Below the pieces are notes generated by a model that was given only the letters and a program-made list of their open reading frames with translations, was not told the DNA's origin and ran no database searches. Below are positions 25,894-35,393 of a stretch of DNA of 64,000 nucleotides, piece by piece (within the stretch, counting starts at the first letter, position 1; each line of letters starts with the position of its first letter). A program made the translations under genes and the position numbers. This DNA is from Methanomassiliicoccales archaeon (GTDB taxonomy: Archaea > Thermoplasmatota > Thermoplasmata > RBG-16-68-12 > SOIM01): contig SOIM01000058.1 in assembly GCA_004377185.1 (NCBI GenBank), positions 67,828 to 131,827 of the forward strand, written 5' to 3'.

Positions 25894-27561
25894 TCACTTC
25901 TGTCTTGGAACCCGGTAATATTCCTCCTCGGGAGGCTTCTTCCTGAGAACGAGATATAGAACCAGGGCGGTAAGGACCGCACCCACAATTGCCACAATTA
26001 TCAAAGCCAGAGTGACACCGGGGACACCTGGAAGTCCATCAGGGGGAGGATGAGTTCTCGCCACAGTCACCGGGCCACCACTGATTGCTGTGTGTGAACT
26101 GAAGTCATCGGAGATGACTGCTTTGATGTAATAGCTTCCTTCGTTAACCAAAGAGACGTTCCAGATGTAGTAGTCGCTGACGTCATCCTCACTGACCGTG
26201 ACCAATTCCGTAAGAAGGGAAGGCGAGCCGGCTGGATAGTAGTACAGTTGGATTGTCGCATCACTGTCCGGGTCAAAGTCCACCCATTCGATCCGGAACT
26301 CATGTTCCACTGTGTCATTGTCTCCATCTGGCTCCGCAACGAATATGGATGGTGGCACATCTGAGATCAGAACGGTGAAAATGTTGCTACCAGGAACCAC
26401 TGCCGCGATATTGGTGAATCCCTCTTTCCCAAACTCAAGGTCTGCAAGAACGAAGGACTCCGCCCAACCATCAATCGGTATCTCAATTCTATCGTAGGTT
26501 GAAGTTGCGTTGTTGTAGTACAGTATGGTCAATAATTGAGGTTCACCCCAGCTACTGCAGAGTATGTCCTTGAACCCGTCCAGATCCGCGTCCCCCACGA
26601 CGAGAGAGACCGAGTTGGTGTTGTTGATGGGATTGGATGTCTGGAAAGGAAAATTCCCCGTGCCGTCATTCTCAAGGACCCATACATCGCCGTCATCTTT
26701 GCAGAGCACCACGATATCTAGAGAAGAGTTTCCGGTGACATTCTCAAGATACACATCCCACGGCGATCTGCCAACGTTATAATCTCTGTGACTGGCAAAA
26801 ACGCCTGCTCCGTTGTTGAAGAGAACGGTTACGTTGTTATCGTCCCTGTTGGCTGTTACCACATCATTAAAGCCGTCACCATTCAAATCCGCCACGAAGA
26901 CGCTGTGGGGATCCGCGCCAACCGAGTAGTTGGTGGGGAGAGAGAAAGAGCCAGAACCATCGTTGAACAGAACGGAAACCGAATTGGATTCCCCTCCGTT
27001 CGCGGTTATGATGTCGATATCATTGTTGCCGTCCTCTCCCAGATCCGCAAGGAAGACGGCCGCTGGATCGTCACCCACGGGATACTGCTGGAAGGCTGAG
27101 AAGGACCCGTCCCCGTCGTTCAAGAGAACAGACACGTAGTCGAAATACTCGCTGGGGGGACCGACGGTATCTATCTCCACGCGGGAGACCGCCAGGTCAA
27201 TGTAACCGTCCCCATCGAGGTCCGCGGCGTCAATGCTCCTCGGCTCCTGGCCGACTGAATATGTCCATTTTACGTCCTCAAAGGTTCCATTGCCGTTGTT
27301 GAGTGCGACTGAGACCGAGCTAGCGTTCCTATTGACTGTTATCAGATCGAGATGTCCATTGCCGTTGAAATCGTCAGCCACAATGTCCCAAGGAGAGCGG
27401 CCCACTTCCACGTCGACTTGGGCGATGAACAAGTCACCCCTATCTGCAAACGAAGCGCTGGGAAGAAGCACAAAGCACACGCACAGGATTAGAACGAGTA
27501 AAGATGCCCTCTTTGATATCAGTGAAAGATGTTTTGCACACCTCTTGGCTGCCAATGTCAC
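25894..27561 (-). CDS. FG-GAP/VCBS-repeat beta-propeller surface protein with signal peptide, C-terminal TM anchor and short acidic tail
   Basis: Repeated DxNGDGxxD/FG-GAP-like units (ADFNGNGHLD, ADLDGDGYID, ADLNGDGFND, GDADLDGFKD). Signal LLVLILCVCFVLLPSASFA. C-terminus LALIIVAIVGAVLTALVLYLVLRKKPPEEE. Start is GTG 27561 or TTG 27555. Confidence 0.8.
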   Translation of the reverse strand: MTLAAKRCAKHLSLISKRASLLVLILCVCFVLLPSASFADRGDLFIAQVDVEVGRSPWDIVADDFNGNGHLDLITVNRNASSVSVALNNGNGTFEDVKWTYSVGQEPRSIDAADLDGDGYIDLAVSRVEIDTVGPPSEYFDYVSVLLNDGDGSFSAFQQYPVGDDPAAVFLADLGEDGNNDIDIITANGGESNSVSVLFNDGSGSFSLPTNYSVGADPHSVFVADLNGDGFNDVVTANRDDNNVTVLFNNGAGVFASHRDYNVGRSPWDVYLENVTGNSSLDIVVLCKDDGDVWVLENDGTGNFPFQTSNPINNTNSVSLVVGDADLDGFKDILCSSWGEPQLLTILYYNNATSTYDRIEIPIDGWAESFVLADLEFGKEGFTNIAAVVPGSNIFTVLISDVPPSIFVAEPDGDNDTVEHEFRIEWVDFDPDSDATIQLYYYPAGSPSLLTELVTVSEDDVSDYYIWNVSLVNEGSYYIKAVISDDFSSHTAISGGPVTVARTHPPPDGLPGVPGVTLALIIVAIVGAVLTALVLYLVLRKKPPEEEYYRVPRQK

Positions 27562-27727
27562 TCCCTCGCCAATGGATGAATATCATTGACCAAGAACGAT
27601 AAATAGTTTGCCAAGAAGCACCTCTTGACCGAAAAACCTCCTAGCCCTTATGGAATTGTCTCGCCTTGAACGCTCTGCAGAATATGAGAGCGGGACAACA
27701 AAAACCCCGTCGTATTGCGTCGATTTT

Positions 27728-27947
27728 TTGGTTATACCTATTGCCAAAGATTCTGTTTCTGACTTCAAATGCTGCTGTTTTTGGTTATACCTATTGCCAA
27801 AGATTCTCTTTCTGACTTCAAATGCTGCTGTTTTTGGTTATACCTATTGCCAAAAACTAAATCGGGGAGAGAGAAAAAATGCATGGATCCAGTACTTACA
27901 CTCACCTCTCCTGTCATCCCTTTTGTTTGGTTATACCTGTAACCAAA
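27728..27947. promoter_or_regulatory. Array of four partially palindromic 20-23-bp boxes (TTGGTTATACCTATTGCCAA x3 at exact 53-bp spacing, plus TTTGGTTATACCTGTAACCAAA) upstream of a small ORF; candidate operator array
   Basis: Boxes at 27728-27747, 27781-27800, 27834-27853 and 27926-27947. The first two intervening 30-bp segments are identical except for one base, i.e. a tandem 53-bp duplication. Box 4 has 8-bp inverted arms TTTGGTTA/TAACCAAA and sits 28 bp before the downstream start codon. Confidence 0.5.
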
Positions 27948-27974
27948 GAATAAGATAGAGGTGGAGGGAAAAAG

Positions 27975-28280
27975 GTGATTGGGAAGGAAACAATGGAGAA
28001 ACTGGGCCTCGAAGAGGCAACGATAGTCTCTTTCGACATTCCCAGCACAGACAAATCCAGGAGAAGCATCATTCAAAGATTCCTCCATGGGCGCAGCGAC
28101 ACAAGGAACCTGAACGGAAAGATGAAGACATACAGATATCCAGGCCTATTGGATGAGGGCGGATTCAGATTGGGGCAATCGGTGTTTCTCCTTCCCCCTG
28201 ATCTTGCATCTAGACTGATCCTGAAACTGAGGGAACTGAAGATAAGCCATCGTTATTGGGATGTGTTGGTCCACGGGTAG
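27975..28280 (+). CDS. Small hypothetical protein with weak Cas2/VapD-like sequence pattern; candidate DNA-binding or nuclease-fold regulator
   Basis: GTG 27975 with GGAGGG SD; 101 aa (95 from ATG 27993). ATIVSFDIPSTDKSRRSIIQRFL ... GFRLGQSVFLLPPDLASRLILKLREL resembles Cas2 beta1-alpha1 and the (G)xRvQxSVFec...L..L segment, with a roughly 20-aa insertion. No other cas genes in the window. Low-confidence recollection-based call. Confidence 0.45.
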   Translation: MIGKETMEKLGLEEATIVSFDIPSTDKSRRSIIQRFLHGRSDTRNLNGKMKTYRYPGLLDEGGFRLGQSVFLLPPDLASRLILKLRELKISHRYWDVLVHG

Positions 28281-28332
28281 TTCCCCGCATTTGGCAGGAA
28301 GAGCTTCGGTCAACACTCAAGCATTCTCAAGG

Positions 28333-29463
28333 CTACGGTATCGCTATCGATCGGATCAGTGTCGCCTCGCCTTTCTCCAAAACCTCGAACCCCTTGTTGA
28401 TCTCATCCAGCGGATATTGGTGGGTGACCAGGGGCTCCACCTTCAGTTTCCCGGTACTGACCAGCTCAATGATTTTGGGGAAATCCTGCAAGCCACATCC
28501 CAGAGAACCTTTAATCTCGATCTCGCGGAACATCATCCTCCCGGCATTGAGAGTCACATCCTTGTGCGTATAGCCCACAACGACAACGGTCCCACCCCAC
28601 CTCACGGAATTGTAAGCCTGTTGTATTGTGGTCGGGTTCCCGATGACTTCCATGGCCACATCGACGCCTCCGCCGGTGGTCTTCCTGATCTTCTTGGCCA
28701 CATCCTCTTCGGTCTTGGCGTTGATTGTCTCATACGCGCCAACCTTTTTGGCCATCTCCAACTTCTCATCGAAAATATCCACTGCGATGACGCTGGCCCC
28801 AACAACGCTTGCCATTTGAACGGTGGAAAGGCCCACTCCCCCGCAACCGAATATGGCAACAGTATCTCCCGGTCTCACCTTCCCCCTGTTCACCACAGCG
28901 TGATAAGGTGTGGAAATCGCATCCGAGATTATGCATGCCTCCTTCAAAGGAACGTTCGAGGGAAGATGAAAAATGCTGTCGGCCGGGACCGCAACATATT
29001 CCGCAAAACCCCCGTCCCTGTGATTGCCTACCATTATCTGATTCGTACAAATAGTGCCCCTGCCTTGTCTGCACCAAGCGCAGTGACCGCAGGAGAATAC
29101 CGGAGGGATAAGGACATTGTCGCCTTTCTGGAAATTCTCGACCTTGGCTCCCAACTCTTCCACTGTCCCACTTATCTCATGCCCCAGGATTATGGGAGGC
29201 TTCTTGAACGTGGGCACTCCATGGAGATAGTGGAGATCCGTTCGACACAATCCGCAAGCTGCAACCTTAACCAGAACTTCATCTTCTTCGATTTTTGGCG
29301 TTTCAACATCTTCGATTTTCAAGGGCTGACCTTTCTCGTAGAAAACGGCCGCTTTCAGCCTTCCACCCCCTTGTTTAGACGGAAAGAGAGGAGAATATTT
29401 AGAGTTATCCGATTGAAGTCTGAACCTTTGATTGGAAAATAGGATACCTTGATAAACAATCAT
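28333..29463 (-). CDS. Zinc-dependent alcohol dehydrogenase (MDR family)
   Basis: CGLCRTDLH catalytic-Zn motif, structural-Zn Cys cluster CGHCAWCRQGRGTIC, GCGGVG Rossmann motif. The conserved fold starts near KAAVFYEKG (about 29355). The only canonical start is ATG 29463, 36 aa upstream, and the true start is uncertain. Confidence 0.85.
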   Translation of the reverse strand: MIVYQGILFSNQRFRLQSDNSKYSPLFPSKQGGGRLKAAVFYEKGQPLKIEDVETPKIEEDEVLVKVAACGLCRTDLHYLHGVPTFKKPPIILGHEISGTVEELGAKVENFQKGDNVLIPPVFSCGHCAWCRQGRGTICTNQIMVGNHRDGGFAEYVAVPADSIFHLPSNVPLKEACIISDAISTPYHAVVNRGKVRPGDTVAIFGCGGVGLSTVQMASVVGASVIAVDIFDEKLEMAKKVGAYETINAKTEEDVAKKIRKTTGGGVDVAMEVIGNPTTIQQAYNSVRWGGTVVVVGYTHKDVTLNAGRMMFREIEIKGSLGCGLQDFPKIIELVSTGKLKVEPLVTHQYPLDEINKGFEVLEKGEATLIRSIAIP

Positions 29464-29478
29464 TCACTTTCATAAGTC

Positions 29479-31584
29479 ATGCGAAGCAGACTAGATCCTA
29501 TCTTCAATCCGAAGTCCATTGCTATCATCGGCGCTTCCAGAAAGAAGGGCAAGATCGGGAGGGAACTACTTCACAACCTGATCAGGTACGAGTTCCAGGG
29601 GAAGCTCTTTCCGATAAACCCACACGCTGAGGAAGTGCATTCGATTCCTGCCTATCCTTCAATCTTGGACGTCCCAGATGAGGTTGACCTCGCTGTCATT
29701 ATCGTTCCCGCTGAGCATACGATAGAGGTGATGAAAGACTGCGGGAAGAAGGGGGTTCGGGGTGCCATAGTAATCACCGCAGGCTTCAAGGAAACGGGTG
29801 AGAAAGGTGCGCGTCTTGAGAACAAACTGCATGAGGTCTGCAAGAAATATGGAATCTCGATGATCGGCCCCAACTGCATGGGTGTCATAAACACGAACGA
29901 GAACGTGAAGATGGATGCCACCTTCGCTCCTTCCCTTCCACTAACTGGAAGGATTTCATTCATGTCCCAATCCGGTGCACTGGGTGCCGCCATTCTGGAT
30001 CATGCGGATAACATAAAAGTAGGCTTCGCCAAGTTCGTGAGCCTGGGAAACAAAACGGACGTTTCGGGTAACGATCTGCTGATGGCTTGGGAGGATGACA
30101 GTGACACTGACATTATTCTGATGTACATAGAGAGCTTCGGAAACCCAAGGAACTTCGTACGGATCGCGAGGGACGTGACCCGGAAGAAACCGATAATTGC
30201 CTTGAAATCGGGGCGGACGGAGGCAGGAGCTGCCGCGGCCGCAAGCCATACTGGAGCACTCGCAGGACTGGATGTTGCCACCGACGCGCTCTTCGAGCAG
30301 TGCGGGGTCATCAGGGTCGGCTCGATAGAAGAGCTCTTCGACATCGCGATTGCATTTGCAAATCAACCGCTTCCCAAGGGTAACAGGATCGCCATTCTCA
30401 CCAATGCCGGCGGACCAGCGATAATGACTGTGGATGCTCTCGTGGGCGCAGGACTGAAACTGTCAGAGTTCAGCGACAGAACGAAGAGAAAGCTCCGAGA
30501 GAACTTGCCCGAGGAGGCCAGTATCAAGAACCCGGTTGACATGATTGCCGCGGCCGGACCCAAAGAATACGAGATGGCGATGGAGGCCATTCTGGCAGAC
30601 AGACGAGTGGACGCATTGGTAACGATCTTCGTACCACCCATCGTGACCAAGGAGATCGAGATTGCCCACGCCATCGTGAAGGCAAGCAAGAAGTACAAGA
30701 AACCAGTCTTGTCATGTTTCCTGGGAAGGACTGAAGACTCTCCTGGCTTCGTCTACCTGACTGAGAACGATATTCCTTCATATCTTTTCCCTGAGAGTGC
30801 CGTGAAGTCCCTCTCGGCAATGGTCGCCTACCGCACGTACCTGGAAAGAGAGAAGGGGAAAGTGAGAAGCTACAAGGTCGATAGGAAAACCGCCAGGAAG
30901 GTATTCCGAAAAACGGCTCGCGAGAAGAGAACGTGGTTAAGAGAATTGGAAGCCTTTGATGTCCTGAGGTCCTACGGTCTTGAGGTCGTTGAAACGGAAG
31001 TCGGAAAGAACCTGGAAGAAGTGAAGGATTTTGCAAAGAAGATTGGTTATCCAGTCGTTCTGAAGGCTTGCGGGGAAGGAATCATACACAAGACGGAGAT
31101 TGGGGCGGTCGTGCTGAATATCGAGGATGAGGAGGAACTCATCAACAGCTTCAAACAAATGATATCCAACGTGAAGAGGGAGGGGTTCGAAGTGGACTGC
31201 TTCCTTGTGCAAGAGATGGTCAAGGGCGGAAAGGAGGTCATCCTGGGAATGAAATATGACGAACACTACGGACCCATCGTCATGTTCGGTACTGGAGGCA
31301 TCTATGTGGAATACCTGAAGGACGTGGCTTTCAGGGTAGCTCCCCTGACCGATGTTGATGCAACCAGGATGGTCAGATCCATAAGGTCGTACCCGCTTCT
31401 AGAAGGTGTGAGAGGGGAGGAACCTTCAGACGTTGAGAGCCTGATCGAGAGCATCCAGAGACTGTCACAGATGGCAGTTGAGTTCGAAGAAATCGGACAG
31501 ATGGACATAAACCCAATCATGTTGTTCGAGAAAGGGAAGGGCTACAAGATTGTGGACGTGAGAATCGCCATAAGAGAGACCTGA
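29479..31584 (+). CDS. ADP-forming acyl-/acetyl-CoA synthetase (NDP-forming, fused alpha-beta)
   Basis: 701 aa. N-terminal CoA-binding IAIIGAS, phospho-His region SQSGALG/GPNCMG, C-terminal ATP-grasp. No SD, possibly leaderless with a TATA-like ttgataaa about 28 bp upstream. Confidence 0.9.
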   Translation: MRSRLDPIFNPKSIAIIGASRKKGKIGRELLHNLIRYEFQGKLFPINPHAEEVHSIPAYPSILDVPDEVDLAVIIVPAEHTIEVMKDCGKKGVRGAIVITAGFKETGEKGARLENKLHEVCKKYGISMIGPNCMGVINTNENVKMDATFAPSLPLTGRISFMSQSGALGAAILDHADNIKVGFAKFVSLGNKTDVSGNDLLMAWEDDSDTDIILMYIESFGNPRNFVRIARDVTRKKPIIALKSGRTEAGAAAAASHTGALAGLDVATDALFEQCGVIRVGSIEELFDIAIAFANQPLPKGNRIAILTNAGGPAIMTVDALVGAGLKLSEFSDRTKRKLRENLPEEASIKNPVDMIAAAGPKEYEMAMEAILADRRVDALVTIFVPPIVTKEIEIAHAIVKASKKYKKPVLSCFLGRTEDSPGFVYLTENDIPSYLFPESAVKSLSAMVAYRTYLEREKGKVRSYKVDRKTARKVFRKTAREKRTWLRELEAFDVLRSYGLEVVETEVGKNLEEVKDFAKKIGYPVVLKACGEGIIHKTEIGAVVLNIEDEEELINSFKQMISNVKREGFEVDCFLVQEMVKGGKEVILGMKYDEHYGPIVMFGTGGIYVEYLKDVAFRVAPLTDVDATRMVRSIRSYPLLEGVRGEEPSDVESLIESIQRLSQMAVEFEEIGQMDINPIMLFEKGKGYKIVDVRIAIRET

Positions 31585-31593
31585 AACAACTGC

Positions 31594-32733
31594 CTATTTC
31601 AGCAGACCCCTCGAAATCACCAGCCTCTGCATTTCATTCGTTCCTTCGAATATCTCAAAGATTTTGACATCGCGCATGAACCTTTCTACGGCGAAATCCT
31701 TCGTATAGCCATACCCACCGTGGATTTGCACGGCATCGATCGCGACTTTGGTGGCCATTTCCGAAGCGTACATCTTTGCCATGCTGGATTCGACTGTACA
31801 TTTCTCTCCTCTATCTTTCAGTTGTGCGGCCCGGTAGATCAACAATCTGGCAGCCTCAATCTGTGTCGCCATATCGGCAAGCTTCCACTGGATGGCTTGG
31901 AAGTTGGAAATTGGTTGACCGAACTGGACCCTGTCCTTCGAATACAGAAGGCTCTGGTCAAGGCATCCTTGAGCCAGACCCAAAGCACAGGCGCCGATGC
32001 CGATCCTTCCGCCATCAAGCGTTGCCATGGATATCTTGAATCCTTGGCCTTCCTCACCCAGTAGGTTCTCTTTCGGGATGCGACAGTCCTCAAAAATCAA
32101 TTCGGCCGTGGGAGTTCCGCGAATGCCCAGCTTTTCCTCCAACTTTCCGATCGAGAATCCTTCGGTCTCCTTCTCAACGACAAAAGTGCTCAATCCCCTC
32201 GTACCGGTCTCTTCACCAGTCCTTGCGAACACAATGATGGTATCAGCGATGCTACCGCTTGTTATGAAGAGCTTAGTACCGTTGAGGACATATTCTTCCC
32301 CTTTGAGCTCTGCCTTCATCCTCACACCGCCGACATCAGATCCAGCACCAGCTTCAGTGAGGGCAAAACATCCGTAGGTCTTCCCCGAGGCCATGGGGAC
32401 CAGGTATTTCTGCTTCTGCTCCTCAGTCCCATACTCGAGAATTGGCCAGCAGTTCAAGGAGTTGGCTCCGGACAGCAGTGCGGCAGTGGAAGCGCAAACC
32501 CTGGCAATCTCCTCGCAGGCAATGGCATAGCTCACATAGTCCGCTCCAGACCCCCCGTACTCCCGAGGGACGGTCATCCCCAAGAGACCGAGCTCCCCCA
32601 TCTTTCTGATGCTCTCCGTGGGCACCCGCTCTTCCCTATCGATCTCCTCTGCTATGGGCTTGACCTCGTTCTCCGCAAAATCCCTGACCATGGATTGAAT
32701 CATCCTCTGTTCGTCCGTGAGTTGGAAGTCCAT
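31594..32733 (-). CDS. Acyl-CoA dehydrogenase (butyryl/short-medium chain type), paralog 1
   Basis: 379 aa. ACAD motifs GCFALTEAGAGSD, catalytic Glu in YEGTNEMQRLVI, QIHGGYGY. Confidence 0.9.
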   Translation of the reverse strand: MDFQLTDEQRMIQSMVRDFAENEVKPIAEEIDREERVPTESIRKMGELGLLGMTVPREYGGSGADYVSYAIACEEIARVCASTAALLSGANSLNCWPILEYGTEEQKQKYLVPMASGKTYGCFALTEAGAGSDVGGVRMKAELKGEEYVLNGTKLFITSGSIADTIIVFARTGEETGTRGLSTFVVEKETEGFSIGKLEEKLGIRGTPTAELIFEDCRIPKENLLGEEGQGFKISMATLDGGRIGIGACALGLAQGCLDQSLLYSKDRVQFGQPISNFQAIQWKLADMATQIEAARLLIYRAAQLKDRGEKCTVESSMAKMYASEMATKVAIDAVQIHGGYGYTKDFAVERFMRDVKIFEIFEGTNEMQRLVISRGLLK

Positions 32734-32795
32734 GGTCCCACCTCAGAAGCAAAGTTGTGAAGATATAAATAGTTGAGCCATCATGCATAAAAACA

Positions 32796-33065
32796 ATGGA
32801 AATCACCCTCAAATTTCTGAAGCCTTTGAATGATGTTGTCGGTCAGAACGAGTTGTCGGTTGAAGTGGAAAATGGTACGGTTGAGTCCCTGTTGGCGGAC
32901 CTGTTGAACGATCATCCGAAATTGGCAGAGGAGATACTTGACGAGAAGGGTGAGTTGGACTACAGGGTGAATGTGATACTCAACGACAAACCCCTGAACG
33001 ATCTGGACGTGAACCTGAACGATGGGGACCTTTTGACATTGTTCATACCAATAAGTGGTGGGTAG
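32796..33065 (+). CDS. MoaD/ThiS-family ubiquitin-like small protein (C-terminal GG) adjacent to AOR
   Basis: 89 aa ending ...LFIPISGG. Beta-grasp-like length. Sits immediately 5' of the AOR gene. Confidence 0.7.
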   Translation: MEITLKFLKPLNDVVGQNELSVEVENGTVESLLADLLNDHPKLAEEILDEKGELDYRVNVILNDKPLNDLDVNLNDGDLLTLFIPISGG

Positions 33066-33105
33066 ACCCCCGAGCTCTCGACGGTCAGAGGAGAGGAATC
33101 CAATC

Positions 33106-34944
33106 ATGCAGGAAAGGAAGCTTGCAGTTGTCGATCTTTCAAGAGGGAAGGTGACGACAAGAACCATTCCAAAATCCTGGCGAAAAGGTTTTCTCGGTGG
33201 GAGGGGCATCAATTCCTATTTGCTCTATAATCTGATAGAAAAGGGTACGGACCCATTCTCCCCAAGGAATGCTCTTGTGCTTGGCGTTGGTCTTCTGGGG
33301 GGCACGCTGGCGCCATCATCATGCAGATTCAACGCATCCGCCCTTTCTCCCGAGACGGGCCTGCTTGGTGATTCGAACTGCGGAGGGTTCTTTGGACCCG
33401 AACTCAGGTATGCTGGCTTTGATCATCTCATTTTGAGAGGGAGGGCGAAGAGACCCTCGTACGTGAACATACAGGATGGAGAGATCGAAATCCGGGACGG
33501 GAGAGAGTACTGGGGGATGGATACATACGATGTGCAGAAGGCGTTGAGGAAAGACCTCGGAGATGTCGAATCGCTTGTCTGCGGTGTTGCTGGAGAGAAC
33601 AAGGTTCGGTTCGCATGCCTGCGCAATGGTGTGAAGAACGCGGCTGGAAGATGTGGCTTGGGAGCGGTGATGGGGTCAAAGAACGTCAAGGCCGTGGTGG
33701 CATCCGGGACGGACGGAATAAAGGTCGAACATCCGCAGGAGATGTTGGAACTGGTACAGGACATCAAGAACTACCTCATGGACTCCAAGATAACCCCCAT
33801 CCTGGGCAGTATGGGAACCCCACTTCTTTACGAGGTGAGCAATGCCATAGGTGCCATAAGAACCAAGAACAGCCAGCTGAACGCCTGGTCCGATTCCCTG
33901 AATGCGGAGGAATTGGAGAAATACGTCGAGAAGATGATTTCATGCTCCTCATGCTTCATGCACTGCAGGCACAGGAACACGTTCAATGGAGAAGGTCCCG
34001 AATACACGGCGGTCGGATTACTTGGCGCAAACTTGGGGTTGGAGGACTACCCTGACGTCATCAAGCTGAACAACACTTGCAACGAACTGGGATTGGACAT
34101 ATCATCTTCAGGATCAATACTCAGTTGGGCCTTCGAGCTGTACGAAAGAGGGATAATCGACAAGAAGTTGACCGGGCAGGAGTTGAGGTTCGGTGATTCT
34201 GAGCTTGCAGATGAACTGCTTCACAAGATCGCTGGGAGAGAAGGTTTCGGAGACGTATTGGCTGAGAGCAGTAGGGCGGTGAAGAAATTCGGACCCGAGT
34301 CCAAGGACTATCTCATTGCCGTCAAGGGCCTTCCACAGAGCGATCCGCACGACGTGAGATATATCAAGGCGTTCGCGCTGGGAATAGCGACCGCCAGCAG
34401 AGGAGCTGACCACCTCAGAAGCAGGCCCACCCTGGAGATATTCTTCAGATTGCCATTGGAGGTGAAAGAGAAGATATACGGAAAAGGAATCACCGCTGAC
34501 CCAACCTCGTACGAAGGTAAAGAAAGAGCGGTCTGTTTCTCGGACAACATCTTCGCAACCATAGATTCTGTAGGTATCTGCAAGTTCATCTGTCACGGTT
34601 TCAACAGCCCCCATTTCCTGGGTTATGAGCATTTCTCAAAGCTTTTGCATGCGGTAACAGGGATGCGATACCGAGAGAAGGAACTGGAGAACATCGGCAA
34701 GAGGATAATCGATACCGAGAGGATGTTCAACTTCAAGCACGGAATGACAGCGAAGGACGATACCCTCCCGAAAAGATATTTCGATGACCCAATGACAATG
34801 AAGGTCTCGAAGGGACACAAAATCGACAGAAAGAGCTTCCAGAAGATGAAGAAACGGTACTACAAGCTCAGGAATTGGGACGAGAAGGGGAGGGTGAAGA
34901 AGCAACGGGTCAAAGAAATCGAATCCTACGGGGGGCTGCAGTGA
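33106..34944 (+). CDS. aor: Tungsten-type aldehyde:ferredoxin oxidoreductase (AOR family)
   Basis: Start ATG 33106 with GGAGAGGAA SD. 612 aa with AOR N-terminal domain (LAVVDLSRGKV...GGRG) and pterin/4Fe-4S-binding region (CSSCFMHCRHR). Confidence 0.9.
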   Translation: MQERKLAVVDLSRGKVTTRTIPKSWRKGFLGGRGINSYLLYNLIEKGTDPFSPRNALVLGVGLLGGTLAPSSCRFNASALSPETGLLGDSNCGGFFGPELRYAGFDHLILRGRAKRPSYVNIQDGEIEIRDGREYWGMDTYDVQKALRKDLGDVESLVCGVAGENKVRFACLRNGVKNAAGRCGLGAVMGSKNVKAVVASGTDGIKVEHPQEMLELVQDIKNYLMDSKITPILGSMGTPLLYEVSNAIGAIRTKNSQLNAWSDSLNAEELEKYVEKMISCSSCFMHCRHRNTFNGEGPEYTAVGLLGANLGLEDYPDVIKLNNTCNELGLDISSSGSILSWAFELYERGIIDKKLTGQELRFGDSELADELLHKIAGREGFGDVLAESSRAVKKFGPESKDYLIAVKGLPQSDPHDVRYIKAFALGIATASRGADHLRSRPTLEIFFRLPLEVKEKIYGKGITADPTSYEGKERAVCFSDNIFATIDSVGICKFICHGFNSPHFLGYEHFSKLLHAVTGMRYREKELENIGKRIIDTERMFNFKHGMTAKDDTLPKRYFDDPMTMKVSKGHKIDRKSFQKMKKRYYKLRNWDEKGRVKKQRVKEIESYGGLQ

Positions 34945-35393
34945 AGTATCTGTTCTACTATCCAGATAAGTGCACTGGCTGCAAGCAATGTGCCATGGCG
35001 TGTTCCCTGAACAAGTTCGGCGAGTGCAACCCCAAGAAGTCGGCAATAAGCATAGTGAGAGATGAGTTCGAGAGATACGAGTATGCCATAGTCTGCATGC
35101 AGTGTGAGGACGCTCCGTGCATAGAGGTCTGTCATCAGGGTGCGTACTATCTTGAGGACAACATCATAAAGAGGAATGACGACCAGTGCATTCACTGCCG
35201 GCTCTGTGCCGCGGTCTGTCCCCATTCAGCCATAACCACGATAGGCAAGGAGATCGTGAAGTGTGACTTGTGTGATGGCGACCCGGAATGCGTGAAGTAT
35301 TGCTCCACGGAAGCCCTTGTCTATCAAGAAGAGACCAAAGAACAGTCGGAAAGAAGGCGACAACTGGCGAAGAAAATACTCTCAACTTCTTAG
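34941..35393 (+). CDS. Poly-ferredoxin-like 4Fe-4S protein (AOR electron-transfer partner)
   Basis: GTG start overlapping the AOR stop (GTGA). Four CxxCxxCxxxC(P)-type motifs (CTGCKQCAMAC, CMQCEDAPC, CIHCRLCAAVCP, CDLCDGDPEC). Confidence 0.75.
   Translation: MKYLFYYPDKCTGCKQCAMACSLNKFGECNPKKSAISIVRDEFERYEYAIVCMQCEDAPCIEVCHQGAYYLEDNIIKRNDDQCIHCRLCAAVCPHSAITTIGKEIVKCDLCDGDPECVKYCSTEALVYQEETKEQSERRRQLAKKILSTS

Noticed and set aside
27728-27947. Possible CRISPR array (regularly spaced, partially palindromic 20-23-bp repeats next to a Cas2-like ORF)
   Set aside because: The two complete spacers are the same 30-bp sequence (one mismatch), i.e. a tandem 53-bp duplication rather than unique spacers. 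There are only four boxes. No cas1 or effector genes occur anywhere in the window. Kept as a regulatory-array finding instead.
27650-28088. ORFs 27650-27958(+), 27583-27768(-) and 27765-28088(-) across the repeat boxes
   Set aside because: They are built from the repeated box sequence (translations repeat YTYCQ/GYTY segments), have no SD, and overlap the better-supported small gene start. Judged spurious.
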